Assembly (NCBI GenBank): GCA_965222115.1
Contig: CBDCTJ010000007.1
Location: 96,001-160,000, forward strand
Origin: Planctomycetota bacterium
GTDB lineage: Bacteria > Planctomycetota > PLA2 > JAEUHO01
Direction of reading: 5' to 3'
Length of the DNA: 64,000 bases
The position numbers and the translations under genes were made by a program. The notes under the pieces were generated by a model, which saw only the letters and a program-made list of their open reading frames with translations, had not been told where the DNA came from and did not search any database. Positions 19,515-29,290 of the stretch are shown one piece after another. Position 1 is the first letter of the stretch. The number at the start of each line of letters is the position of its first letter.

Positions 19515-19549
19515 TAGATATCGTCTTCGCTCTAGATATCGTCTTCGCT
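19515..19549. repeat. 17-bp direct repeat x2 duplicating the stop-codon region of the FlgM-like ORF
   Basis: TAGATATCGTCTTCGCT at 19515-19531 and 19533-19549. Confidence 0.85.
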
Positions 19550-19945
19550 GCGGAAGATGCGCATCAACCCGCCAACCACATCGCTCTCGGTGGGATAGGT
19601 CCCCTTACGAATGGCTTCGCGCAGTGCACGCAGACGGGCCTCGCCAATCGGTATCAATCGCTCGACGTCTGCCGAAGTAACGTCCGCCGAAGTGACCGGA
19701 GCCTTGCTCGTGCCGTGACTTCCTGAGATCTCTTGATTTGCAGGCGTCCCGACGACTGGCGACTCGGTTGCAGGCGCGCTGCTCGCACCGGAAGAAGACT
19801 TGGCACCGGGCGACGTCACGGCCACTTCCACCGAGAACTTGGCCTTGTCGCCAACTTCGGGAGCAATCGGATGGGGTCGATTGGTCGGAATCACAGGTTT
19901 GATCCTACACAGGCTCGCGGACCTTACGCCCTTAGGTGCACACAT
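19532..19945 (-). CDS. FlgM-like small protein (putative anti-sigma-28 factor)
   Basis: Disordered Ser/Ala/Pro-rich N-terminus; C-terminal EARLRALREAIRKGTYP resembles the FlgM motif 'kv..lk.aI..G.Y'. Confidence 0.55.
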   Translation of the reverse strand: MCAPKGVRSASLCRIKPVIPTNRPHPIAPEVGDKAKFSVEVAVTSPGAKSSSGASSAPATESPVVGTPANQEISGSHGTSKAPVTSADVTSADVERLIPIGEARLRALREAIRKGTYPTESDVVGGLMRIFRSEDDI

Positions 19946-20003
19946 TGGAGTGCATGCTTCGGGGTGTACATCACGCCGGGTCGGATTCGCCCAGCATTGT
20001 GCT

Positions 20004-20049
20004 CCTTTGAGCCTGAGAGTTCAGCGTGGTCTTTTAAGCCTGAGAGTTC
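20004..20049 (-). repeat. Imperfect 19-bp direct repeat x2 (27-bp period) upstream of the FlgM-like ORF
   Basis: Minus strand reads GAACTCTCAGGCTTAAAAG then GAACTCTCAGGCTCAAAGG. Confidence 0.8.
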
Positions 20050-20222
20050 TGCGCCAGCACCGTGCCGGCCCGTCTCTCCCCTGGATCGGTGGAGACTTCT
20101 GTGCTCTTGACGTGGGTAGCACCACGTTGGGCGGGTTGGGGGTCGGAATTGAACGCCGCTTGCGGCAATTGTATCTCGCGGATCCCCCAATTATTCGGGC
20201 TCTACTCGGAATCTGAGTCCGA

Positions 20223-20789
20223 TTAGCCGGCCTCGTCGGGGCCCAATGCAAAGACTAGGTATCGAGTATCGCCAGCCGACTGCTCGCGGACGCTCCGAGC
20301 GCCATCGGGAAGCGAAAACTCGAGCGTTTTAGGCAATTTGTAGGCAATCCATGACGTTTTGAGCGGGTTCGCGTAGCGGCCGCCGACTGCGCGCCACGCC
20401 GCAGCGTCAACGGACGACCACGCCTCGTAGGGCGGATCGACGAACACGACGTCGTACGCCGTGTCCAACGCCTTCCCCGGCACGACGTGCAACGCATCAC
20501 CGACCACAAACGTCGCCGGTGCAGACGGATCGACGCGATGGAGCCACGTTTCCAACGCATGCAGTACCCGTCGGTTGTGATCCACAAAGGTGACGGACTG
20601 CGCACCGCGCGACAGCGCTTCCAGTCCGAACCCACCGGATCCTGCGCACAAATCGAGCACGTGAGCGCCTTCGATGATCCCGCCCAAAACCGAGAACAGA
20701 CTCGTCTTCAGTCGGGCCCCCACAGGACGCACGCCCGATTCCACCTCGGGCAGTCGTCGTCCCCGCCAGCGACCGGCCACAATTCTCAT
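20223..20789 (-). CDS. rsmD: 16S rRNA m2G966 methyltransferase
   Basis: MRIVAGRWRGRRL, VLDLCAGSGGFGLEALSRGA, DVVFVDPPY. Confidence 0.9.
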   Translation of the reverse strand: MRIVAGRWRGRRLPEVESGVRPVGARLKTSLFSVLGGIIEGAHVLDLCAGSGGFGLEALSRGAQSVTFVDHNRRVLHALETWLHRVDPSAPATFVVGDALHVVPGKALDTAYDVVFVDPPYEAWSSVDAAAWRAVGGRYANPLKTSWIAYKLPKTLEFSLPDGARSVREQSAGDTRYLVFALGPDEAG

Positions 20790-20859
20790 AGGTGCAATCC
20801 GCCAAATTCGATGGGCTGACTCGCCGTGCTCGCGATGCTGCTCGGCTATGCTCCGGCGC

Positions 20860-21603
20860 ATGATTCGTCTAGGTGTCAATATCGATCACGTGGCCACGTT
20901 ACGTCAAGCGCGTCGTGAGTCGTTTCCGTCCATTCTTGCCGCCGCGCACTCCGCGGAGCAAGCAGGCGCCGACCAAATCACGGTCCACCTGCGCGGGGAT
21001 CGACGCCACATTCAAGAGCGTGATGTGCGATTGCTGAAGGAGTCGATACACACAGGACTAAATCTGGAATGCGCCGCAACAGACGAAATGATGGCCATCG
21101 CGCTCGATGTGGCACCCGCAGCACTTTGTCTGGTTCCGGAGAACCGTGAGGAAGTCACCACCGAAGGGGGCTTGGACGTTGAAGCCCATAAGGACGCCAT
21201 CGCCGCGTGCATCCGATCCGCCCGCGAGGCACACATCCCGGTGTCACTCTTCGTGGATCCAGAAGAACGCGCGCTCCTAGCGGCCAGCGAAGTGGGCGCC
21301 CACGCCGTGGAGTTACACACCGGACGCTACGCACGGGCTCGCGAAGAAGGTGAACGCGTGCGCGAATACCTTGCACTGAAGGACGCGGCGCGAGCCGCCA
21401 AAGAAATGGGACTACGCGTTCACGCCGGCCATGGACTCGATTACCACAACGTCGCGCGCATTGCGGCCTTGCCCGATGTCGAAGAGCTCAACATTGGGTT
21501 CGCGATTGTTTCCTGCGCCATATTTGTTGGACTCGAGTCGGCCGTGCGAAGGATGCGCGACGAGATGCTGCGCGCACGCGATGGTTGGGGACAGACTCCA
21601 TGA
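20860..21603 (+). CDS. pdxJ: Pyridoxine 5'-phosphate synthase
   Basis: RLGVNIDHVATLRQAR, ITVHLR.DRRHIQ, LVPE.REEVTTEGGL, ELHTG, AGHGL.Y.N, ELNIG. Confidence 0.96.
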   Translation: MIRLGVNIDHVATLRQARRESFPSILAAAHSAEQAGADQITVHLRGDRRHIQERDVRLLKESIHTGLNLECAATDEMMAIALDVAPAALCLVPENREEVTTEGGLDVEAHKDAIAACIRSAREAHIPVSLFVDPEERALLAASEVGAHAVELHTGRYARAREEGERVREYLALKDAARAAKEMGLRVHAGHGLDYHNVARIAALPDVEELNIGFAIVSCAIFVGLESAVRRMRDEMLRARDGWGQTP

Positions 21604-22487
21604 CGGGGCCCAAGCCACTGTCGGGCGTTGGCACCGCACTTGTTACGCCATTCAAGAAGGGTGATGTCGATCTTGATGCGCTCAAGGCGCTCGTGGAATT
21701 GCAAATCAAGGGCGATGTGTCGTTCCTCGTTCCGTGTGGCACCACGGGCGAATCTCCCACCCTCACCGACGCAGAACGTGTTGCGGTGATTGCGTGCGTC
21801 GTGGAGGCCGCGAACGGACGCGTGCCCGTGGTTGCGGGCACCGGCACCAACGATACGCCCCATTCCATCGCCATGACCCGCGCCGCAAAATCTGCCGGCG
21901 CCGACGCGTGCTTGGCCGTGGCACCGTACTACAACCGACCCTCCCAAGAAGGCGTGTACCGCCATGTACGGGCCATGATTGACGATGGCGGACTGCCCGC
22001 GGTGCTCTATCACATTCCGGGACGCTGCGGCATTGGCATTGACGTGGACACGATGGCGCGTCTCGCAACGAGCGGTGGTGTTGTGGGCGTCAAGGAAACC
22101 GAACGCGTGAGTCGCGTAACAGATTTGCGCCGCGCCTTCGACGACGTGGGCTGCGACGTCCCCATTCTCAGCGGCGACGACGGCTTGACGCTTCCCATGA
22201 TTGCGCTGGGTGCCGCGGGCGTAATCAGTGTGGCAAGCAACGTCGTTCCCGCGCGCGTGGCCGCGATGGTGGCTCACGCACGAGCCAACAAGATTGAAGC
22301 GGCGCGTGCAGAACATGAGGCGCTGCACGATTTGGTTCACGCGCTCTTCGTCGAACCCAATCCATCGCCCGTCAAAGCGCTGCTCGCCATGCGCGGCATC
22401 ATTGCAAGCGATGCGGTGCGTTTGCCGTTGGTGGCGGCGTCGGCATCAACGCGCGAGGCGCTTGAACGCGCTACCGCCACCCTCTAA
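21600..22487 (+). CDS. dapA: 4-hydroxy-tetrahydrodipicolinate synthase
   Basis: TALVTPF, GTTGESPTL, PYYNRPSQ, catalytic Lys in GVKE, LSGDD, GVISVASN, EPNPSPVK; ATGA overlap with pdxJ. Confidence 0.93.
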   Translation: MTGPKPLSGVGTALVTPFKKGDVDLDALKALVELQIKGDVSFLVPCGTTGESPTLTDAERVAVIACVVEAANGRVPVVAGTGTNDTPHSIAMTRAAKSAGADACLAVAPYYNRPSQEGVYRHVRAMIDDGGLPAVLYHIPGRCGIGIDVDTMARLATSGGVVGVKETERVSRVTDLRRAFDDVGCDVPILSGDDGLTLPMIALGAAGVISVASNVVPARVAAMVAHARANKIEAARAEHEALHDLVHALFVEPNPSPVKALLAMRGIIASDAVRLPLVAASASTREALERATATL

Positions 22488-22601
22488 CCGAATCGTTTTG
22501 GCGTGCCGTTACGGCAGGGGCGCGCTGCGAGTGAGGGAACGAGATACGCCTGGAAGCCGAATAGTCGGGATTCTCATGCGAATTGGCGCTTCGGCACAGC
22601 G

Positions 22602-22617
22602 TGGCACAGGCGTTGCG
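22602..22617 (+). promoter_or_regulatory. Sigma54 (-24/-12) promoter of hsp20-clpB
   Basis: TGGCAC-AGGCG-TTGCG fits the consensus TGGCAC-N5-TTGC, about 30 bp before the hsp20 ATG with an AGGAG RBS in between. Confidence 0.7.
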
Positions 22618-22647
22618 ATTGTCGGGTTGTTCAACCAGGAGCAATCT

Positions 22648-23094
22648 ATGTCCAATAGCTGTCATCGTCCCGGTAACGGGTCTCAATCATTTCCTTTCCC
22701 CGCGCTCGGTCGCCTCTTTGAGGACTGGCTCGGTGTTGACATCCCCGAAGCCAACATGAGCGGCACGGCCACCATTCGTCCTGCCATGGATCTCATGGAA
22801 CACGAAGACGGCGTGACATTGCACATGGAGCTTCCGGGACTCAGCAAGGAAGAAGTCGATCTCACGCTGGAGAACGGCGTCCTTACGATTCGCGGTGACA
22901 AGACCCTCAACCGCGACAAGAACAACAAGAAGTACCACTGCATGGAACGCACGTTTGGGAGCTTTCACCGCGCGGTGAAGTTGCCCACGGGTGTGCAGGC
23001 CGAGAAGGCCGAAGCCACATTCAAAGACGGCGTATTGACGATCCATGTGCCCAAGACCGAAGCCGTAAAGGCACGCAAGCTGCGTATTCAGTAG
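22648..23094 (+). CDS. Hsp20/alpha-crystallin small heat-shock protein
   Basis: P.MDL.E, ELPG, LTI.G, ER.FGSF.R...LP, A.FKDGVLTI.VPK, C-terminal L-R-I motif. Confidence 0.94.
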   Translation: MSNSCHRPGNGSQSFPFPALGRLFEDWLGVDIPEANMSGTATIRPAMDLMEHEDGVTLHMELPGLSKEEVDLTLENGVLTIRGDKTLNRDKNNKKYHCMERTFGSFHRAVKLPTGVQAEKAEATFKDGVLTIHVPKTEAVKARKLRIQ

Positions 23095-23191
23095 CGCAGA
23101 ACTGGAAGCGTCGTTTCGCCGAGGGCTCGTGGGTTCATACGACCTGCGGGCCCTCGTTTTGTTCTCACTGGAAGAGAGAGAAATCAAACCC

Positions 23192-25834
23192 ATGAACATT
23201 CGACAACTCACTGAGAAGAGCCAGGACGCGCTTCATCAAGCGTTTACGCTCGCAGGTGAACTTCTCCACGCAGAGATTGTGCCCGAGCACCTCTTGCACG
23301 CCTTGCTTCATCAAGATCAAGGCATTGTTCCTGCACTACTTACCAAGGCACGGGTCTCCACCGACGACATCGCCACACTCCTGAATCGCTACCTCCACGC
23401 GCGACCCACCATTGAAGGCGGTAGCGAAGCGCGTATGAGCCGCGACCTGCAATCGGTGATCGCCTCGGCCGAAACAATCGCAAAGAAGGGCGATGAACCC
23501 TTCGTATCAACCGAACACCTCTTGCTCGGGATTCTCAAAGAAGCCAAGGGGGTTGCCGCAGAACTCCTCACGTCGCACGGCGCCGACACCAAAACAGTTC
23601 TTGCGGCCTTGACGGAACTCAAAGGATCGCAAAAGGCAGATAGCGCAAGTCCTGAAGGGCGTTACGGTGCGCTTGACAAGTACACAACCGATCTCACCGC
23701 GCGCGCGCGAGAAGGTCGCATTGATCCCGTCATTGGTCGCGATGAAGAGATTCGCCGCATCATGCAAGTGCTGTCGCGGCGCACCAAGAACAACCCGGTC
23801 TTGATTGGCGCCCCCGGCGTTGGCAAAACCGCGATTGCCGAAGGTCTTGCACGACGCATTGTTGGCCGCGACGTACCTACTTCGCTCAAGGGAACGCGGT
23901 TGCTGTCACTTGACTTGGGTCAGTTGCTCGCAGGCACCAAGTACCGCGGTGAGTTTGAAGAGCGTATGAAAGCGCTCCTCAAGGAAGTCGAATCCGGTGG
24001 CGGCGAGATCGTGTTGTTCATTGACGAACTCCACACGATTGTAGGCGCGGGCCAAAGCGAGGGGTCGGCCGACGTGGCCAATCTATTGAAGCCGGCCCTG
24101 GCGCGAGGCGACCTACGCTGCATTGGCGCCACCACGCTTGATGAGTACCGTAAACACGTGGAGAAGGACAAAGCGCTTGAGCGTCGTTTTCAACCGGTCT
24201 ACGTGGATGAACCCGGCGAAGAGGAGTCGATTGCGATTCTTCGTGGGCTCAAGGAGCGCTACGAAGTGCACCACGGCGTGCGTATTCAAGACGCTGCGAT
24301 TGTGGCTGCGGTTCGCCTCTCCACGCGCTACCTCCCCGCGCGGCAACTGCCCGACAAGGCGATTGACCTCATGGATGAAGCCGCAAGTGGCATTCGCTTG
24401 GAGCTGGATTCGGTTCCGCGTGCACTCGATGACTTGCGTCGGGCTATCGCGCGCCTCGACATGGAGAAGATTGCGCTCAAAAAGGAGCGCGATCGTGTGA
24501 GCAAAGATCGCTTGGTAGCCATCAACGAGGAACGCGCAGCACTCAGCGAGAAGGAGAAGGCGCTCACGGCTCGCTGGCATGTGGAACGCGATCGCTTGGA
24601 TCGATTGCGCTCGAAGAAAGAGGAGCTTGAGACGGCCCGTGAACGCCAAACGCTCGATGAGCGTCGCGGCAACTTGGAAGAAGCCGCGCGCCTTCGCTAC
24701 CAAGTGATTCCTGCGCTCGAATCGGAAATCGAACGTATGACCGAAGCGATGAAACGCGATGAAGACGATGCATCGGCACGCTTGCTTCACGAAGAAGTTG
24801 ATGAGGATGCCGTGGCCGCTGTGGTGTCGCGCTGGACCGGCATTCCCGTATCCCGCATGTTGCAAAGTGAAGGCGAACGCCTGCGCACAATGGAAACGGC
24901 GCTACGCCACCGTGTCGTTGGCCAAGATGAAGCCCTTGAGACTGTCGCCCATGCCATTCGGCGAAGCCGGACAGGCCTGAGTGAAGGCACGCGTCCGCTG
25001 GGTTCGTTTCTCTTCATTGGCCCCACGGGGGTTGGCAAGACCGAACTCGCCAAAGCACTGGCTGCCTTCCTCTTTGACGACGAGCGCGCGCTGGTACGCG
25101 TCGATATGTCCGAGTACGGCGAACGTCATTCGGTATCGCGTTTGATTGGCGCGCCGCCTGGCTACGTCGGCCATGATGAAGGTGGCCAACTCACCGAAGC
25201 CGTGCGTCGTCGCCCGTACAGCGTGATCCTCATGGACGAAGTCGAGAAGGCCCATCCAGAAGTGTTTGGCACCCTTCTACAAGTACTCGACGACGGTCGC
25301 CTTACCGACGGTCAGGGTCGCACGGTGGACTTCACCAACACGGTCATCATCATGACCAGCAACCTTGGAAGCGAGGCGTTGAGCGAGCCGGATCTTTCCG
25401 ACACCGCGATTGAAGAACGTATTCAAGCGGCCCTGCGCGCATTCTTCCGCCCGGAGTTTCTCAATCGCCTCGACGACACGGTGCTGTTCCGTCGCTTAAC
25501 GCGTGAACACCTACGCGTCATCGTGGGGATTCAAGTGGCCAAGCTGGCGACTCGCCTTTGCGAACGAGGCATCGAACTCATGCTCTCGCCCGCTGCAACG
25601 GACAAGTTGGCCAACGATGGATTCGATCCCATCTACGGCGCACGCCCCCTACGTCGATTGATCGAACGTGCGGTTCAAAACCCACTGGCCATGCGCATGC
25701 TCGATGGCGATGTGGGCCGAGGTGACCGCGTGCGCATCGATGTCCATGACGACGCATTCACCTTTGAAATCGAACGTGGTGGATCCGATGACTCGCCAAC
25801 CGGACGTGGTGCAAAGGAGGTGGCGCACGCGTAA
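23192..25834 (+). CDS. clpB: ATP-dependent disaggregase ClpB
   Basis: Clp N domain, [20 protein letters not shown], coiled-coil M domain, [26 protein letters not shown]. Confidence 0.96.
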   Translation: MNIRQLTEKSQDALHQAFTLAGELLHAEIVPEHLLHALLHQDQGIVPALLTKARVSTDDIATLLNRYLHARPTIEGGSEARMSRDLQSVIASAETIAKKGDEPFVSTEHLLLGILKEAKGVAAELLTSHGADTKTVLAALTELKGSQKADSASPEGRYGALDKYTTDLTARAREGRIDPVIGRDEEIRRIMQVLSRRTKNNPVLIGAPGVGKTAIAEGLARRIVGRDVPTSLKGTRLLSLDLGQLLAGTKYRGEFEERMKALLKEVESGGGEIVLFIDELHTIVGAGQSEGSADVANLLKPALARGDLRCIGATTLDEYRKHVEKDKALERRFQPVYVDEPGEEESIAILRGLKERYEVHHGVRIQDAAIVAAVRLSTRYLPARQLPDKAIDLMDEAASGIRLELDSVPRALDDLRRAIARLDMEKIALKKERDRVSKDRLVAINEERAALSEKEKALTARWHVERDRLDRLRSKKEELETARERQTLDERRGNLEEAARLRYQVIPALESEIERMTEAMKRDEDDASARLLHEEVDEDAVAAVVSRWTGIPVSRMLQSEGERLRTMETALRHRVVGQDEALETVAHAIRRSRTGLSEGTRPLGSFLFIGPTGVGKTELAKALAAFLFDDERALVRVDMSEYGERHSVSRLIGAPPGYVGHDEGGQLTEAVRRRPYSVILMDEVEKAHPEVFGTLLQVLDDGRLTDGQGRTVDFTNTVIIMTSNLGSEALSEPDLSDTAIEERIQAALRAFFRPEFLNRLDDTVLFRRLTREHLRVIVGIQVAKLATRLCERGIELMLSPAATDKLANDGFDPIYGARPLRRLIERAVQNPLAMRMLDGDVGRGDRVRIDVHDDAFTFEIERGGSDDSPTGRGAKEVAHA

Positions 25835-25904
25835 TCCGCGTGCGCCAGCACACGTTGCCGAGGGTGTTCGCTGCCGGCGCCCAACGTCTGTGTAGCTACT
25901 CGCT

Positions 25905-27881
25905 CTACTTGAAGATGTCGTCAACTTTGTTGTTGACCTTCTTACGAGCGTCACGCAAACCATCGCCAATGCGATCGAAGATGCTCTTCTTACGCTTCTT
26001 CTTGCGAGGCGGCGGCGCAGGTTGCGCGGTCGTGCCGGGGTATGTCGTCGTGCCGGGCTGCGTCGTACCTGGATAGGTCGTGCCCGGATAGGTTGTACCG
26101 GGATAAACGGTACCCGGTTGCGGTTGCGCGGGATAGGTCACGCCCGCCGAACTCAATGTGATTTGCGTGCCACGCTGAACGATGGCGCCCGGCGCGTAAC
26201 TTTGGTGACCCACCACCGAGGCATTGTCGGCAAAGACGGCTTGAAGGCCTGCGTTGGCCATCTGGTTGGCCGCCTGCGATCGCGTGAGGGTACGTACATC
26301 GGGCACCGTGACATAACCGCCTTGGCCCGACATGGTGCTGAGCGTGGGATCGCCGGTTACACGAAGCTGTACAGTAGAACCTGACGCCACCGTGCTACCC
26401 GCGCGCGGCACTTGCGAGGTCACGCGCGAACCCGCTGCGGCCGTACCACCGCCAAAGCGCGTGGCCAAACGAGCTTGCGAAAGTACGGCGCCTGCTTCAC
26501 GCACCGTGCGACCCACCACGTCGGGAACAGTCGCGATGCGTGGGAATACCAACTTGACGGTTGACCCCTTCTTCGCGGTCGCCAGATTCGACGGAATCTG
26601 CTGCAACACATGATCGACGCGACCTTGCCCCTCTTCGCGCTGACGAAGATCGGGCACAAGTCCAGCCGCTTGGACAATGCGCACGGCCTCTTCGCGCGAC
26701 TTCCCAACCACCGTGATCACACCCAACGCGGGTAGGGCGGGATTGCTGCTGGTTTGCGCCATTCCTTCACCGCGAATGTCCACGGTTATGGGCGCGCGGA
26801 ATCGAGCCTGTTGACCGGGCGAGGGCACTTGGCTACGAATGAGCCCCGTGGCCGAGCTTTCCGGCGAACGACGAAGCGTCATGCCCAGGCCGCGCAATAC
26901 GTTTCGCGCTTGACGCTCCGACAGCCCAATCAAGCGTGGCATGGGAAACGTACCGCGCACATCACTGGGCGCCACAACGCGGTACTGAACCACGGCGCCT
27001 TCGGGCAAACTCAGGCCCGGGCGAATCTGTTGACCCACAACGGTCCAAGGACGCGACGCGGAGTGCTTTACAAACCACGGGTGCGGCGTGAGGCCAGCCG
27101 CAATCACTTCGCGCTCGGCTTGTACCGCGGTCTTGCCTCGAATGTTTGGCATACGGCCCATTGAGGAGGAACCGGGCAACGCATCGCTTGTGCCGCCTGA
27201 AACACGTGGCGGCGGAAGCGAATCAATAGCGGGCTTTCCGGGCGCCAGAGGCTTGGGTGCGGTCTTGCCCGAGGTCTCGGGAACGTCCGACGAACCTGTT
27301 GGCCGAGACGAAGCTATAGGCTTTGTGGGCCTCGGCGACTTGCTGCTCGTTTCTTTCGTTGCAGGTTGATTGTCGTCTGCCGAAACGTACCCAATGGTGA
27401 GCGTAAGCGTTGACCGAAGATTGGCTGCACTGCCAGCGCCGGGAGTGGTCCGTATGACTTTGCCGGCCTGAGCTGCGGACGAAGGTTCGCGTTTGATCTT
27501 TACGACGTAGGCCGCCGACAACTCGGCGAGGGCCTCTTCAGCAAACTTGCCTCGCACATCGGGGACAACGGTCTTCACGCTTGTGCGCAAACCAACGTTT
27601 AGCGTGACCAACGACTTGGCAAGTGCCTGCGTGCCCGCCTTTGGATTCTGGGAACCCACACGACCCTCGTCGATACCGGCCACCTCAATGCTTCTCACCT
27701 GAAACCCGGCCGCCTCAAGCGCACTCTGTGCCTCGGCCAAGGATTGACCCACCACGTTCGGCACGGCGACCCGCGCGGCATCGGCTGCAAACGCGTGACC
27801 CAAACCCAACGCAAACAACATGATCACGGTGGGCAACGAATAGCGGTAGACGCGCGACCCATTCTTCGTTTTCAAGATCAT
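25905..27881 (-). CDS. Exported multi-PASTA-domain protein (about 7 PASTA) with (T/V)YPG repeats and a basic tail
   Basis: Signal peptide ending AFA; seven VP(N/D)V.G...A...L..AGL-type units with Q.P..G motifs; no kinase or transpeptidase domain. Confidence 0.88.
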   Translation of the reverse strand: MILKTKNGSRVYRYSLPTVIMLFALGLGHAFAADAARVAVPNVVGQSLAEAQSALEAAGFQVRSIEVAGIDEGRVGSQNPKAGTQALAKSLVTLNVGLRTSVKTVVPDVRGKFAEEALAELSAAYVVKIKREPSSAAQAGKVIRTTPGAGSAANLRSTLTLTIGYVSADDNQPATKETSSKSPRPTKPIASSRPTGSSDVPETSGKTAPKPLAPGKPAIDSLPPPRVSGGTSDALPGSSSMGRMPNIRGKTAVQAEREVIAAGLTPHPWFVKHSASRPWTVVGQQIRPGLSLPEGAVVQYRVVAPSDVRGTFPMPRLIGLSERQARNVLRGLGMTLRRSPESSATGLIRSQVPSPGQQARFRAPITVDIRGEGMAQTSSNPALPALGVITVVGKSREEAVRIVQAAGLVPDLRQREEGQGRVDHVLQQIPSNLATAKKGSTVKLVFPRIATVPDVVGRTVREAGAVLSQARLATRFGGGTAAAGSRVTSQVPRAGSTVASGSTVQLRVTGDPTLSTMSGQGGYVTVPDVRTLTRSQAANQMANAGLQAVFADNASVVGHQSYAPGAIVQRGTQITLSSAGVTYPAQPQPGTVYPGTTYPGTTYPGTTQPGTTTYPGTTAQPAPPPRKKKRKKSIFDRIGDGLRDARKKVNNKVDDIFK

Positions 27882-28279
27882 TCCAAAACCTCCGTACGAC
27901 GACAGGCTCTGCTTCGTTGAGATGGCCGTCCGTGAGATGGCAGGTCACCGTTGGACATGTCGTGCCCCACGGTTGCCCAGCATCGGGTGGCGCGGTCGTC
28001 GCGTACGCACTCAATTATCTCAGAAGTTGAGCGTTCGCCTCCGATCCTCTTCAATCGGCCCAAATACGTCATAAATGCCGAAAAATGGGGCTTCTACGCA
28101 CATCCGGGGTGCCGATTTCGTCTGTTGATCGTCACTGTTTTGACCGATTCGACCTTGACGATCTACCCCGCACAGGCGTAAACCCGGGTCGGGATAAGGG
28201 CGGGGCAGCTGTTACCTCGAGGTCACTCGTGCGTAGTCCTTCATGGCCCCGCCTTGCGGGGTCGGTGGAGGGCCGACCC

Positions 28280-29290
28280 GTGACTGCCGCGAACTCGCGA
28301 CATGCGAACGACCAACAAGCCTACGAACAGCGAACCAACAACACGCCAACCGCGGGTTGTGCGAATCCCCCGCTCGCATCGAGTTCCACCTGCGAACGCC
28401 ATGTAAGCGGCCCGCTGCTCGGGGCCGCACTTCAAGTCGTACAACCCACGCTGACCCCCGCACGAAATCCCGATGCCATACGTGACGCCACAACCGACAG
28501 TTGGGGACGCACAGCCCACCGACATGATCCGTTGTGGGCGTGTGCACGTGCTGGGGATCACGATGCGTTTTGCCAACTGGTCGACACGTTCCTGGAACGC
28601 CTGATTGCACAAGCGCAACGGCTGCTTCGGCGAACCCATGAAGACCCGGCCGACATCATTCAGGACGCCTTGTTGTCGGCATGGGAGCGACGCTGCACCA
28701 TCACGTCGTTTCCTCACTTGCGACGTTGGCTGTTCCTTGTTGTGCGACGACATGCCATATCTCGCATTCGAAGGCGAAAGCGCGCGGGCCATGGATTCGT
28801 TTCGCTCCATCGAGACACCGACGACGACTCCGACCTTCGCGAAGGTCGCACCCGGCAGTTGCGTGATCCATATGCACCCACACCATCGGCGGGGAATCTC
28901 AGTCGCGCCCAAGTGACAAAGTCCATGTTGCGTGCGATGCAGTCGTGTGCACGCTCTCTGTCGCCCAATGATCTCTCCGCCATCGAGCTTTACTATCTGC
29001 ACAACTTTCGCATACGCGACATCGCTGAGCTGTTGGGCATCTCCGTAACCGCAGTCAAGATGCGACTCACGCGCGCGCGTGCACGCTTACGCCACTCGCT
29101 TAACCAATCTGCCGAAGACGCCATCGAGGCCATAGAAGAGGAAACACTCCCCGCGCGCAACACGCCACGTGCCTGGGACGAACCGCGCGCTACATCACCC
29201 GGATGGGCCACAACCGTTCGCGAGTGGATGACGGCCTATGAACGGAGTCGTCCAAAGTGCACGCCAAACACACTGAGGAGGCCGTCATGA
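28280..29290 (+). CDS. ECF-type RNA polymerase sigma factor
   Basis: GD..AF..LV, DIIQDALL.AW, WLF.V.R (region 2); L.Y...RDIAELLGISVTAVKMRLTRAR (region 4). GTG 28280 follows a GGAGGG RBS. Confidence 0.85.
   Translation: MTAANSRHANDQQAYEQRTNNTPTAGCANPPLASSSTCERHVSGPLLGAALQVVQPTLTPARNPDAIRDATTDSWGRTAHRHDPLWACARAGDHDAFCQLVDTFLERLIAQAQRLLRRTHEDPADIIQDALLSAWERRCTITSFPHLRRWLFLVVRRHAISRIRRRKRAGHGFVSLHRDTDDDSDLREGRTRQLRDPYAPTPSAGNLSRAQVTKSMLRAMQSCARSLSPNDLSAIELYYLHNFRIRDIAELLGISVTAVKMRLTRARARLRHSLNQSAEDAIEAIEEETLPARNTPRAWDEPRATSPGWATTVREWMTAYERSRPKCTPNTLRRPS

Noticed and set aside
26029-26115. 15-bp-period repeats as a possible CRISPR array
   Set aside because: They encode the PGTTY peptide repeats of the PASTA protein; no unique spacers and no cas genes.
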